Part shown: one piece after another, positions 1 to 12,923 of the stretch | Numbering within the stretch: the stretch's first letter is position 1 | Layout: every line of letters begins with the position of its first letter | Source of the DNA: Octopus vulgaris | Taxonomy: Eukaryota | Direction: 5' to 3' | DNA length: 64,000 nucleotides | Assembly: GCA_951406725.2 (NCBI GenBank) | Contig: OX597835.1 | Location: forward strand, 11,904,001 to 11,968,000 | Notes under the pieces: model-generated | What the model was told of the DNA's origin: nothing | Seen by the model: the letters and a program-made list of their open reading frames with translations, nothing else | The model's database searches: none | Made by a program: the position numbers and the translations under genes

Positions 1-260
1 TGAGAACGTAGCGGCAGACGAAATACCTATTTCTTTACTACCCACAAGGGGCTAAACACAGAGAGGACAAACAAGGACAGAAAAACGGATTAAGTCCATT
101 ATATCGACCCCCAGTGCTTAACTGGTACTTATTTAATCGACCCCGAAAGTATGAAAGGCAAAGTCGACCTCGGCGGGATTTGAACTCAGAACGTAGCGGC
201 AGATGAAATACCGCTTAGCATTTCGCCCGGCGTGCTAACGCTTCTGTCAGCTCGACTCCT
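1..260 (-). mobile_element. tRNA-derived SINE family A (Nin/Deu-like core), head plus 184-bp sub-unit, cut by window edge
   Basis: Reverse complement reads head ...gagctgacagaagcgttagcacgccgggcgaaatgctaagcggtatttc, B-box-like gagttcaaatccc and core gtcgactttgcctttcatactttcggggtcgat. More than 20 related copies lie in this window. Confidence 0.85.
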
Positions 261-273
261 TATGAATAATATA

Positions 274-463
<190 letters not shown>

Positions 464-809
464 GGACAGCTAATTTAAAATATATCATGCCGTATATTGA
501 ATCATTCTTAATATAGACCACGAAAGGTTATTAATCGCCTCCTCCTCCTCACCAGTGATGCTCAGGGTTAAACTGCGTTAGTTCATCAAACGATTGATTG
601 AATCGCATTGATTCCACTCTTGTGACATGGCGTTAGTCTTATTTCAGACGCAGACGCATAAACATGGATATATTCAAACGTTTTATTTAAATATCTAAAC
701 GCTTCTAAGCATCAATATTAACTGCCTAAAGGTGGGCTACAAAGGCCATGGGTATTGCATTTTCTGCAAGAATGAACAAATAACCACACACACATACGCA
801 CACACACAA

Positions 810-846
<37 letters not shown>

Positions 847-918
847 ACTATTACTGCTACTACTACTATTGCTATTACTACGACTACACATACACACACA
901 TACGCACACGCATATATA

Positions 919-1772
919 GTGGGTGCGATAGATAAATTGTTGCCATTTTATATTTCTAATTTCGCGCATGCGTAATGTTTGCTTCTGATTTTGTCGACTA
1001 CACAGTACGGTAGGGTCTGTTGGGCACCGTCTGTGAGAAAAACAGCACCATGACGCAATTCACTCTGCCAAACATTTGCAGACCACTTGCTGTACTGCTT
1101 GGCATTCGCGCCGGAAGCTCCAATACGAACATTTCAGAGTATTGGGTGTCAATCTGATTCCCTAAAACACGTACCGAGAGTGATAAAGATCGAACATCCA
1201 ATCAAAATCATACGTGTTTGCATCGATCACTAGTGATGGCGATGTTATGCTTCCTTTCATCTTCCCACACGGCCTCAGACTCATCACAGAGGTCTACATC
1301 AAGTATGTGGAAGAGGTGCCTGGGTCAAGAGAGTGACTGCTGGAAGACCCTGTGTCTGGCAACAGGACCCTGCACCATGCCACACAAGCAGGAGAACACA
1401 AGCGACAACATTACTCCTTACTATCTGGCCACCTGACTCTCCAGAAAGCAATCCCCTTGATTATTATGTGGGGGTGGTATGGCTGAGCGAGAGATCAACA
1501 AGGCTCCTTGTAACACCAAAGATGATTTCAAGACAAGGATTATGGCAGCATTCAGCAACTTAAAACATGGAGACTGTACAGATGAGTTGCAGGAGATTCC
1601 GAAGTCGTATGGAGGCCGTGGTTGAAGCCAATGGCGATTTCATTGAATAAATTTGCTCTTTAGTATTTCGAGATATTTTTATGTAAATTTGATAAATATA
1701 TCTGTTAAAATGAGATGTCAGTCTTATTTTCATTCTTGGGTAGTTTAGACTTCAATTAATTCATGCACCCTG
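919..1772 (+). mobile_element. Degenerate, internally deleted Tc1/mariner transposon
   Basis: 1333-1470 translates to WQQDPAPCHTSRRTQ...IWPPDSPESNPLDYYV (DDD/E motifs QQDxAPxH and WPPxSPDLNPLD). Right end gcaccctg|TA at 1772; imperfect left end gggtgc at ~921. Confidence 0.85.
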
Positions 1773-1787
1773 TATATATATATATAT

Positions 1788-1831
<44 letters not shown>

Positions 1832-1885
1832 CATATATGCACATATACACATGCACATAAACACACACACACAGACACACACACA

Positions 1886-1939
<54 letters not shown>

Positions 1940-1940
<1 letters not shown>

Positions 1941-2137
1941 CGGGAAGGTTTACGAAAATAAACAAAAGACGAAGGCAGGTGGAGTACAAACAAACAAATG
2001 TAATAGTATGGCGCTCAGGAATAGAAATAAAACAAGTCTTTTACGTTTCGAGCCTATGCTCTTCGACAGAAAGATACACAGAAAAGAAACAAGGAGAGAA
2101 AAAAATTGCGTGTAAGGGCTAACGATCCAAGATGGCG
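1940..2137 (-). mobile_element. Short non-autonomous, probably Penelope-derived repeat carrying a hammerhead-like motif
   Basis: Related to 27911-28025 and 29995-30140 (shared gaagagcgtaggctcgaaacgt...aactaataca...ttcgtctttt). It sits between TA/CA microsatellites. Confidence 0.6.
2037..2074 (-). ncRNA. Minimal type-I hammerhead-like motif (A6->U, extra A)
   Basis: rc UCUUU-CUGUCGA-A-GAGC(AUAG)GCUC-GAAA-CG-UA-AAAGA: 5-bp stem I, 4-bp stem II, palindromic ACGU helix III, GUA triplet. Confidence 0.55.
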
Positions 2138-3304
2138 TTACACACACATACAAATTATACATGTTCTACATGTAGCTTGTAGCACGGGACACTCCGTTAC
2201 ATAAATTTTAACCTAAAGATATTTCTGAAAGTGTAGAAATCATTGCTAATCTTTCATTGGTACATCGCTACCCACTAGACATTAACGGGTGGTCAGAATG
2301 AGAAACGATGCTTCATATTGTCCACGAAGCATTGTATGAAGGAATTTTGATGAAATTGCTTAAAAGTCAAAAGAAATATACGAGCATTGATTTAATGAAC
2401 AATATGAGATTTTGCTATGGCAGATTCAAAGCGATACATTTTATTGATGCTCGCCTTTATTTACAAAATTCTTCAGAGAGAACAGTGCACTTTACAACCG
2501 TTTATTCTATGGCATAATATCCATTGTTTATCGATGAGCTGTTTATCAATCCTTATTTACCAATTATTGTATATCAATGTACACGAATATTCTGTCTTCT
2601 GACATTTATGTCTTTGTACGAAATTACGAAGCCATTTTAATTAAATGGGTATTTTCATGAATGAGTTTTAATATTTAAGATCTATGTCTTCTACACAGAA
2701 CAATGAGCAAAATACACTCTAAATAAAAAAGGAACAAACATAAAGGTGAAAATTATATTAATATTAGGTAATATTTAAATTACATAGATACAATATAGAC
2801 ATGAAAGAGAATGAAATATGATTCGGATTTCATGGTATTTTCTGTGGGTTGTTTTCCCTTTCTTCGTTTATATTTAGTTTACATATAAGAGGGAATTAAT
2901 GCGATTTTCATCTTGACATTTGCAGCCGTTAATCTCGCTTTTGACTTATGATTATTGTTTTGTCAATGGCGAAGATGTTCATCTTCATAAAGCAGCCTCT
3001 CGTTATAATATGCTGTAAGCGAAGCGAAAGAGAGCGGGTGAAGGAGAGCGAGAGAGAAAGAGAGTGAAAGACAGAAGAAAGGGAAAAGGGAGGTGAGAAA
3101 GGGAGAAAGGAAGAGAATCAGGAATCAGTGGAGATAAAAGTTTAAGGAAGAATAATTGAGAAGCAAATAATTCTGATATCTATCTCAACTATAATTTATC
3201 TTCATTCCACGAGGAATCCGTAATTATTCTGTATTTCCATTAATGAGAATGCTACAGGCATCTGAACTTAATACGCTGACAATATGTTCCGAAGAAATCT
3301 GAAG

Positions 3305-3379
<75 letters not shown>

Positions 3380-3839
3380 GGGGGGGTGTACATACATAGA
3401 TGCGTACATACATACATATTGAGTGTTTCCATTGTAAGACAATTCTCAAATCAGCATCGTTAATATTCGCGTATGAAACTCGCTGAATAACAACCTCTTA
3501 TGACTAATGTTATAATTAACTGTATCTAACACCGAACCCAAGGCATCGTTCATTCAGACATTTGCATTGCCCAATATTAACTTTTACATTTTACAGCAGC
3601 GTATATAAAAGCACGGATATAGATTATGCGTATATAATTTATGTTTAAGGAGCAAGGATGATAGCAATAATGATTAACATCATACTGAATAATAATCTTA
3701 TAGAATTCAATTTACAAACCACTTACGCAGTTTCTGTGATTCCATTTATTATGGAAATATTACTTTGACAGACACGGAACTCAACGGAACAACGCATTTA
3801 TATCATTATGCAAGTCTTGAAGATTTTCTCGTGCTATAT

Positions 3840-4770
3840 TCCTTTCTACTCTGGGCACAAGGCCGGAAATTTTGGGGGAGAGGCCGGTCGATTAGATCTA
3901 CCCCAGTACGAAACTGGTACTTAAATTTGTCGACCCCGAAAGGATGAAACGCAAAGTCGACCTCGGCAGAATTTGAACTCAGAACGTCACCTTCTCCAAC
4001 CATAATCTTTTCTACCCTAGGCACAAGGCCCGGAATTTTGGGGGAGAGGCTAGTCGATTAGATCTACCCCAGTACGAAACTGGTACTTAAATTTGTCGAC
4101 CCCGAAAGGATGAAACGCAAAGTCGACCTCGGCGGAATTTGAACTCAGAACGTAAAGACAGACGAAATACCTATTTCTTTAGTACCCACAAGGAGCTAAA
4201 CACAGAGAGGACAAGCAAGGACAGACAAACGGATTAAGTCGATTATATCGACCCCAGTGCGTAACTGGTATTTATGTAATCGACCCCGAAAGGATGAAAG
4301 GCAAAGTCGACCTCGGCGGAATTTGAACTCAGAACGTAGCGGCAGACGAAATACCTATTTCTTTATTACCCACAAGGGGCTAAACATAGAGGGGACAAAC
4401 AAAGACAGACAAACGGATTAAGTCGATTATATCGACCCCAGTGCGTAACTGGTATTTATGTAATCGACCTCGAAAGGATGAAAGGCAAAGTCGACCTCTG
4501 CGGAATTTGAACTCAGAACGTAGCGGCGGACGAAATACCTATTTCTTTATTACCCACAAGGGGCTAAACATAGAGGGGACAAACAAAGACAGACATAGGT
4601 ATTAAGTCGATTACATCGACCCCAGTGCGTAACTGGTACTTATTTAATCGACCCCGAAAGGACGAAAGGCAAAGTCGACCTCGGCGGAATTTGAACTCAG
4701 AACGTAGCGGAGGACGAAATACCACAAAGCGTTTCACCCGGCATGCTAACGTTTCTGCCATCTCGCCGCC
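3840..4770 (-). mobile_element. SINE family A tandem array (head + three 184-bp units + two tail-A copies)
   Basis: gaactcagaacgt recurs at 4141, 4325, 4509 and 4693 (period 184). The head is at ~4770. Tail ggcacaaggcc occurs at ~3855 and ~4020. Confidence 0.9.
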
Positions 4771-4851
4771 TTCTTCTCCAACCATATAACTGCAATAATG
4801 GATGCAATATTGTTCTCGTACACTAAAGAGCGACACATGTTTGTCAGCAGA

Positions 4852-5170
4852 AGGCGTTGAGCTGAGAGAATCGTCAGCACGTAGGACGAAATGCTGAGCC
4901 ATTTCTTCCAGCTCTTTACGTTCGAATAGCACCGAGGTCAACTACGCGTCATCCCTTCGAGGTCGATAAGATAAAATACTAGTCAAGTGCTGAGGTTTAA
5001 TGATGTTGAACGAAACACCCATGTTTCCAGAAGTAATGCTCTTTCTCAACGACACCCGGAGGGACGGAATATAATGCTTATCTCAGCCGGAGTTGAACTC
5101 AGAACGGGTAGACGGACGAAACACCGTCAAGTATTTTGTCCGGTGTGCTAACAACTCTGCCAGCTTGTCG
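4852..5170. mobile_element. Two degenerate SINE family A copies (+ then -)
   Basis: aaggcgttgagctgagagaatcgtcagcac...gaggtcaact...gaggtcgataag on +; gaactcagaacg...tgctaacaactctgccagc on -. Confidence 0.65.
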
Positions 5171-5198
5171 ATTTCATAAAAATAATGATAATAATAAT

Positions 5199-5743
5199 GA
5201 TACCAGGCAGTGGCTCTCATGGCTTCTGATCTTAACTGATTGGAAGTGTTATCATGTACATTGTTTTGTCTTGGTATAAAAGATGGGCTACAGCAAATAT
5301 TCTGCTCGACACCACAGATTTGCTTGGTCAGTTGTTTGACCTTAACCAGTTGAGCATGTCCCTTAGTGGCTGACGATATGTGCATCTCTGATCACGAGCA
5401 GAAGTAGTGGGGGAGCATCATAGCCATGTGTTGAGAAGGATTCTTTGGGGTTTGAATAATTCACCTCTGGAAACATGGGTGTTTCGTTCAACGTCCTTAA
5501 ACAACCCTTATTCAGGGACCTTTTGAGCGGGATGGGTTACTCGATCTGAAGAAAATTCTAACTGGGCTCCACCTGCAAGGTCATGTGCTGTTTATCTTGA
5601 TATGAGATCACCATGTCGCGCACATATGGTTGTGATGCATGTGCCTGGTGTACCCTTATCAGACGGGTAGTCATGATGGGTATATTGGGCTTCGTATATT
5701 TTACCCCAGTGTCACTTTGATGGCATGAACTGCTCTCTCACTC

Positions 5744-5776
<33 letters not shown>

Positions 5777-5777
5777 T
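5199..5777 (+). mobile_element. ~545-bp non-coding retroposon-like insert with (AAT)n tail
   Basis: GC-richer block between AAT repeats, ending ctctctcactc(aat)n. Its first 30 nt recur at 5790-5819. Confidence 0.55.
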
Positions 5778-5814
5778 ACTCTGATGCTGTACCAGGCAGT
5801 GGCTCTCGTGGCTT

Positions 5815-5850
<36 letters not shown>

Positions 5851-6187
5851 GTGATGACGATGATAATGACGACGACGATGACGACGACAACGACGTTGAT
5901 TATGATGATGATGTTGATGATGATGATGATGATAGTGATGTGGTAACGATGATTGTTTTAATAAGGATGATGATAAGGACGATAACGATGATATTGCTGA
6001 TGACGATGACGATGATGTTGATGATGAGGATCATGTGGACTACGATGATGATGATGCTGACGTTGACGACGACGACGACGATGATGATAATGATGATGAT
6101 GATGATAGTAGTAGTGGTGGTGGTGGTAATGATGATTATTGTAATAACATGGATATTGATATAAAGATGATGACGATGATGATGATG
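5815..6187. repeat. Imperfect (GAT/GAC)n trinucleotide repeat
   Basis: Direct reading; it is the source of the poly-D/poly-M ORFs. Confidence 0.95.
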
Positions 6188-6851
6188 GCGGTGACTCTTG
6201 TAGCTGACATTTCTACCCTATTGTTCAACATGTCATTATCAAATTCCCTCACAGCGCAGGACATTGCCATTGTTTTCTTTATCACGAATTCGCGATCGTT
6301 TTAATTAGCAGCATCCATTCACGTTCCAACCAAACCTTTTCAGTTCCTATCAACAACAGCCATACGCAGGTTCACATTTTCCCTTTTCCAGTGATCATTA
6401 ACCGAATGAGGCTTTTGTGCTTTTATTTTATGTTTTTACGCTGCTTTTATCTTTTTCTAAATTACATTTGTCCGAGCGTAGAAAGATAAAAACCTCAGCA
6501 TTAATATTAAAGTAACAGAGACGATCATCGATCGCTCAAATCTGTAACGGAACTCACGTCTGATTTCTTTTTGCGTCGTATTGTTTGGAAACGAAAGCCA
6601 GAAGTTGGAATGAATAGTCTATTGTTTTGTTTTATCTGTTTTGAATATTGCCCCAGATTCCGTTAAGCCACAACATGACCTGATAACGGAATACCCAATA
6701 GGCAACAGGAAATGTGTTTGGACAGATCGGGATTGCGTGAAAGATCCAAGAAAATTTTGATAGGAAGAATCCAAATACAATTTGGCACGAAGGGGTGAAG
6801 TTACGTTAATGGAGAAAAAAAATTAATCTTCGATATCTTATTTCCACAATG

Positions 6852-7750
6852 AGCGGCGAGCTGGCAGAGTCGTTAGCACGCCCGCCTGAACGCTTATTTG
6901 CCTTTCGACTGTCTTAACGTTCAGAGTTAAAATTCCGCCCAAGATGCCTTTGCCTTTCATCCCTCTTGGGGGTCGATAAAATAAGCACCTTTTGAGCATT
7001 GGGGTCGTTATAACTGATATAACCCCTCCCTTGAAATCGCAGGGCCAGTGCCAAAATTTAAAACCAATATTTCAAGTTCACGAAGGGCGGCGAGCTGGCA
7101 GAATCGTTAGCATGCTGGGCAAAATACTTCGTAGCATTTCGTCTATCACTAAGTTCTGAGTTCAAATTCTGTCGAGGTTGACTTTGCCTTTAACCCATCG
7201 GAGTTCATAAAATAAGTATCGGTATTTCGTCTGCTGTTACATTCTGAGTTCAAATTCTGCCGAGGTCGACTTGCCTTTAAGCCTTTCGGGGTCGATAAAT
7301 TAAGTACACTGGGGTCGATGTAATCGACTTAATCCCTTTGTCTGTCCTTGTTTGTCCCCTCTATGTTTAGAAATAAGAAATAAGAATCGTTAACATGCTG
7401 GGTAAAATACTTCGTAGCATTTCGCCTATCAATACGTTCTAAGTTCAAATTCTGTCGAGGTTGATTTTGCCTTTAATCACATCGGAGTTGATAAAATAAG
7501 TACCAGTTGAGTGCAACAATAAGCTTCTTCACGAAGGAGGCGAACTGGAAGGATCGTTGAACGCCGGGCGAAATGCATAGCAGCATCACATCCTTATTTA
7601 CGTTCTGAGTTCGAATTCTGCAGAGGTCGACTTTGTCTTTCATCCTTTCGGGGTCGATAAAATATCTACCAGTTGAGTGCTGAAGTTGATGAAATCGACT
7701 TAACCACCACCGCCGAAATCACTGGCCTTGTGCCAAAAATTGAAGCCAAC
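6852..7750 (+). mobile_element. Cluster of SINE family A copies, including a nested unit (7221-7382) flanked by a ~120-bp duplication
   Basis: Heads gcggcgagctggcaga at ~6853, ~7087 and ~7539. 7100-7219 is repeated at 7383-7503 with shared private variants. Confidence 0.85.
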
Positions 7751-7979
7751 ATCTTATTTTCACGAGAAAGTCTGACTGCAAAATATAGAGATAGAAATAG
7801 TCAATAGAACAAGTATTTTTTAAATTTTCTTTACAGTGTACTGATAAATCATTGATAATTTCTGGTGAAATCGTGCCAAAATATTTTTTTTAAAATTCCT
7901 GCAAACATATACATAATGAGTATCGAGTCAGTGATGCATTAGAGCCAAGTACATTCGTTGCTATTGTATTATTATATTA

Positions 7980-8395
7980 GGAGGCGCAATGGCCCAGTGG
8001 TTAGGGCAGCGGACTCGCAGTCATAGGATCGCGGTTTCGATTCCCAGACCGGGCGTCGTGAGTGTTTATTGAGCGAAAACACCTAAAGCTCAACGAGGCT
8101 CCGGCAGTGGGGGGTGGGGTGATCCCTGCTGTACTCTTTCACCACAACTTTCTCTCACTCTTACTTCCTGTTTCTGTTGTACCTGTATTTCAAAGGGCCG
8201 GCCTTGTCACTCTCTGTGTCACGCTGAATATCTCCGAGAACTAAGGGTACATGTGTCTAAGGGTACATGTGTCTAAGGGTACATGTGTCTGTGGAGTGCT
8301 CAGTCACTTACACGTTAATTTTTCACGAGCAGGCTGTTCCGTTGATTCGGATCAACCGGAACCCTCATCGTCGTAACCGACGGAGTGCTTCCATC
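7980..8395 (+). mobile_element. tRNA-derived SINE family B (OR1-like), tail X
   Basis: ggaggcgcaatggcccagtggttagggcagcggactcgc (A box), ggtttcgattccc (B box), tail ...tcggatcaaccggaaccctcatcgtcgtaaccgacggagtgc. Internal 16-bp triplication ctaagggtacatgtgt at ~8241-8290. Confidence 0.85.
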
Positions 8396-8412
8396 CATTA
8401 TTATATTATTAT

Positions 8413-9215
8413 TAAGGTGGTGAACTAGCAGAACCGTTATCCCGCCAGCAAAGTCCTTAGCGGCATTTCTTTCGTCTTTACGTTCTGAGTTCAAATTCTG
8501 CCGATGTCGACTTTGCCATTCGTCCTTTCGGAGTCGATAGAATATGTACCGAAGGGCAGCGAGCTGGCAAGAAGCGTTAGCACGCCGGGCGAAATGTTTA
8601 ACCCGGCTAGTTTCTGAGTTCAAATTCCGCAGAGGTTGACTTTGCCTTTCATCCTTTCGGGGTCGATTAAATAAGTACCAGTTACGCACTGGGGTTGATA
8701 TAATCGATTTAATCTGTTTGTCTGTCCTTGTTTGTCCTCTCTGTTTTTAACTCCTTGTGGGTAGTAAAGAAATAGGTATTTCGTCTGTCTTTATGTTCTG
8801 AGCTCAAATTCTGCCGAGGTCGACTTTGCCTTTCATCCTTTCGGGGTCGATTACATAAGTACCAGTTATGCACTGGGGTCGATGTAATCAACTTAATCCC
8901 TTTGTTTGTCCTTGCTTGTCCCCTCTATGTTTAGCCCCTTGAGGGCAATAAAGAAATAAGAATATGTACCGATTGAGTACTGGGGTCGATGTAATCGAAT
9001 GTCCTCCCATATTTCAGACCTGGTGCCTATAATAGAAAGGATTATTATTAAAGCAGTGAACTAATAGAACCGTTACCCACCAGTCAAATGCTTAGCAGCA
9101 TTTCATCTGTCTGTTCAGTATCGATAAAATATATACCATTTAAGTACTGAAGTGAATATGATTGACTTCCCTTGCCTCGAAAACCCGTTTGCCTTGTGCT
9201 AAATTTTGAAATGAT
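8413..9215 (+). mobile_element. SINE family A host with nested family A dimer (8553-8958) and 14-bp TSD, followed by a degenerate copy
   Basis: agaatatgtaccga occurs at 8539-8552 and 8959-8972, flanking a head + 184-bp unit ending aagaaata. Confidence 0.85.
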
Positions 9216-9526
9216 TATATTATCGTATTATCGATCCGGTGACTATGAGGGCGGTCATTAATAACTATTTTAAACACAAATACTGAACTCAAAATTTGAA
9301 GAGAAGAAAGTCGTTCATTATATCGATCTAAGCAGCCGACTGGTGCTTTATTGTATTGACATCGGAAGTATCAAAGACGGAGGTAATTTCTACATAATTT
9401 CGACTCGAGATCTAAAGAGACGAAACATATAAAGCAAAGCTAACGACCTTCTAATGATTTTGTCACTCCACTTCCCGTTACACGGCATGTGTAATAATAA
9501 CGGGATATCATTTGTGTCTTTTTTTT

Positions 9527-9975
9527 TTGGCACAAGGCCAGCGATTTTGAGGAGTAGAGAAGACGATTACATCGGCCCCAATCTTCAACTAATAAGGAAA
9601 GGCAAAATCGACCGCAGCGGAATTTGAGTTCAGAACGTAAAGACGGATGAAATGCCGCTAAGCATTTCGTCCGGCATACTAACGTCTCTGCTTACCAGCT
9701 GCCTTAAATAATACGCATTGCGATACCAATAATAGCATGGTAATATATACTCGTTCGTCGTAAATATTGGTTTGAAATTCTGGTACAAGGCCAGCAATTT
9801 TGTGGGCAGGGGTAAGCCGATCACACCGACCCCACTGATCAGGTGGTACTTAATTCATCGACACCATAAAGAGGAAAGGCAACGGCGACCACGACGGAAT
9901 TTGAGCTCAGAACGTAGAGACGGACCAAACGCTGGTACGTATTTTCCGCCTGCGACTGCGTTAGCTCGCGGCCTT
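9527..9975 (-). mobile_element. Two degenerate SINE family A copies
   Basis: ggcacaaggccagc...aggcaaaatcgacc...cagaacgtaaagacgg...gctgcctt pattern, present twice. Confidence 0.75.
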
Positions 9976-10205
9976 AAATAATAGCATAGTAATATCATTA
10001 ACAGCATAGAAACAGGCCTGTTTTTGTGGTTCTTTACTTATCTATGGTAAATATTAGATATAATGTCCAAGTCCACCGACTCGTTTAAGGACAAAAACTA
10101 AGATCAATGATCAATCATGTCTATTATTATTTCAAGTTCGATAAAATATGCGTCGATACTACAGCAGTAATATTTGGGGTCGTTCAATCTCTTACGTATA
10201 ATGTA

Positions 10206-10638
10206 CTAGCAGCATAGCCCGGCATTGCCCGGGTATGTAAGAGCCCCAGAAAATGTGTTGCATATAAAAAGCTTAGATTCTCGACCCCATGTCGAATTTA
10301 TCGATTTTTTTTCAGAACTGGGGGAACTTTTCAAAATCTTCGCTGCGTTTTGAATTATGACATTGGGCTATGTGTGTGTCAAGTTTCATCAGAATCGATT
10401 GAAAGCTGTGGTCAGGGTGAGGGTACAACCTGACAGACACACAGTATATTTCTTTATTACCCACAAGGGGCGACACAGAGGGGACACCACAAGACAAGGG
10501 GACATAGAACATTATAATTAAATTTATGAAGAATGAATTATTACATGAAAAAAATGATATGAAAGCGATGCTAAAGGCCCCATCCGTTAGCCTGACAGAC
10601 ACACAGACAGACAAACTGCCGTTTATATAGAGAGAGAT
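10206..10638 (-). mobile_element. Non-autonomous Helitron (family 2) with an internal SINE-A tail fragment
   Basis: rc starts A|TCtctctctatataaacgg and ends cccgggcaatgccgggctatgctgCTAG|T (subterminal hairpin + CTAG). SINE tail tatttctttattacccacaagggg at ~10447. Confidence 0.75.
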
Positions 10639-12255
10639 TTCAAGAAAAATATATTTTATTAGAATGATTCATTTTTTAGGTCAGTTATCGAGGAGAAACC
10701 TGGGAGCTATTTGGAGAGAAGTGGGTAAATAGTAAAAAGAAATTAAGTATTCTTTGAGATATTTAGTCTGCAAACATTCTGTTTGAGTTCAAATTCTACT
10801 GAAGTAGACTTTCGTATTCATTTCTCAAGGGTGGAATTGAATTATTTGACGCTCTTTCATGCACACGTTTAAATAAGTATAGCGATTTGAGGAAATCACC
10901 ATTTTAATACCAGCAAAAAAAGGAAGATATGTATTTGAACAGACATTATTATTCTGATATTTAATCTTATATCTCACATTCTGTATTTGACATATACTTA
11001 ATTTTTCATGATTGATATACATACTAATTCATAATTATAATGTATAATTTATAAATTTTAATCCTTAATATTACAAAGCGTAATTTTTATTCTCAATTTT
11101 TAATTCTTAATTTTTAATCTTCAATACTTAATTTTATTGCTTATTTTTAAAGGGAGGTAAAATTAGATATATCATATGTTGAAAATCTGAAGATGAGTTA
11201 GAATAATTGTAAATCTGACAATTACATATATGTATTTATATATGTATATATATATACGGGTATACAGTTGTGTATATGTATATATTGTAATCTTTCAATA
11301 CTGAAACACGTATATTTCCTTCATATTTAATCAATATAAGTATTAACTAAAGTATGATAAAATTAATGAATTATATTATATACCCTTCTGGTAACTTTGG
11401 TTATATCCTTTAAGTATTATTTCATGATGTGCAAACTGATATCATGAGTAGGTGAATGAATTATCCTATGTTTATCGTCACCATGGAATATTCTTTTCGC
11501 TAAGGTTCCCCTAGTAAACACAGTCATAGAAAAATCGTACAAATGTAAACACTGGCAGAAACACACTTTCTACTCATATAAATGATAACGATAGTCACTG
11601 TGGTTTGAACAATTAGCTTTACGTCCACCCCACTGCTATAGAGAAATTCTTTCCTAAGCCTTCGAACATTCTTTCAATCAACGTACCCTTCCCTCTCCAC
11701 TTGTTCCCTACCTATTATTCCTTTATACCTTCTCTTCCTACTATCTCTCTTTGACGTCTGTCTCTCTCTCTCTCTCAGACACACAATCACACACAGAGAC
11801 ACAAATGCAGTTATACACACACACACATACACACACACACAGATAGATAAGCAGGCAGGCAGGCAGACAGAGAGACTGACAGACAGACAGATAGATATTC
11901 AAGAAAATGAACATTGGTTTGGAAAGAAGTGATCTATCATGGTTTTGAAACAGGACAACAGACCGCGATCTCAATCGCAGAAACTTTTCTGCCTGAAAAT
12001 GTTTGTAACATGTGAAGTAGGTTTCTTTTTGCGCAAAGCCAGACCTGGTGGTCAATTGAGAGTGCATGGCAGCACTTCCAATTTAAAGAGATGGTCTTCT
12101 TCTGTAAAGAAGCGGCAATCACCAAACACACAAGCAAACACACACATATAAATATATTTATGTGTATATATATATACACATATATACGCATACATTCATA
12201 TATATATATATATGTCTCTAATAATATATATATATATATATATATATAAATATAA

Positions 12256-12303
<48 letters not shown>

Positions 12304-12923
12304 GCTTGTAAATACAGATTGTTGTTTATGCAACAAGCATTACATGAGAAATAGAGCTCAGTTTTAGTGAGAATATGTTTGTAAAAAGGAATATCATTGA
12401 AAAGCTAAACGAATTCTCTTGATTGTGATCTCACATATAACTCTCTTATTGATACAATGATTGCACTATTCTTTTGAATAAACAACGAACATCGGCATTG
12501 ATTTACCGTTTCACTGTCTTGTTTACTAAGAGAAACAATATGCTATTAATACTTACACGATATTGCCCAGAGTAAATATTGGCTATTGTTCTTCATATAT
12601 ATATACACACATACTTAACCTGAATCGGTTTTTATAAAAGAGTCATTTGACAACGGTGGATGATGGAACGAAGACTATGTGGAAGAGAGGTATTGATATC
12701 CATCTAAACGAAATATCCTTAAGATGTACATTTACTTCACAAGAACAAATTCAATTCAATTATTAACTTCGCATATAATTGACATCCATCACGGAATTAA
12801 AACTTCCCACGCTAGAATCACTGCTTCCTCTGAAACGAGAACATGCAAACATCTTTAACGAAGGCATATAAACTTAGTCACTGCAATAACATCAATCTAT
12901 AGCCATTGCGTGCCTTATTCAGC

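Noticed and set aside
4141-4693. Regularly spaced repeats resembling a CRISPR array
   Set aside because: The whole 184-bp unit repeats, with no unique spacers and no cas genes; the context is a eukaryotic SINE.
7980-8055. tRNA-like sequences (also at 14065, 41609, 13970-14042 and the SINE-A/C heads)
   Set aside because: A/B boxes are present, but there is no full cloverleaf with an acceptor stem and each runs into a SINE body.
10190-10650. Flank duplication around the family-2 Helitron
   Set aside because: None found flush with its ends, so the duplication pattern is limited to family 1.
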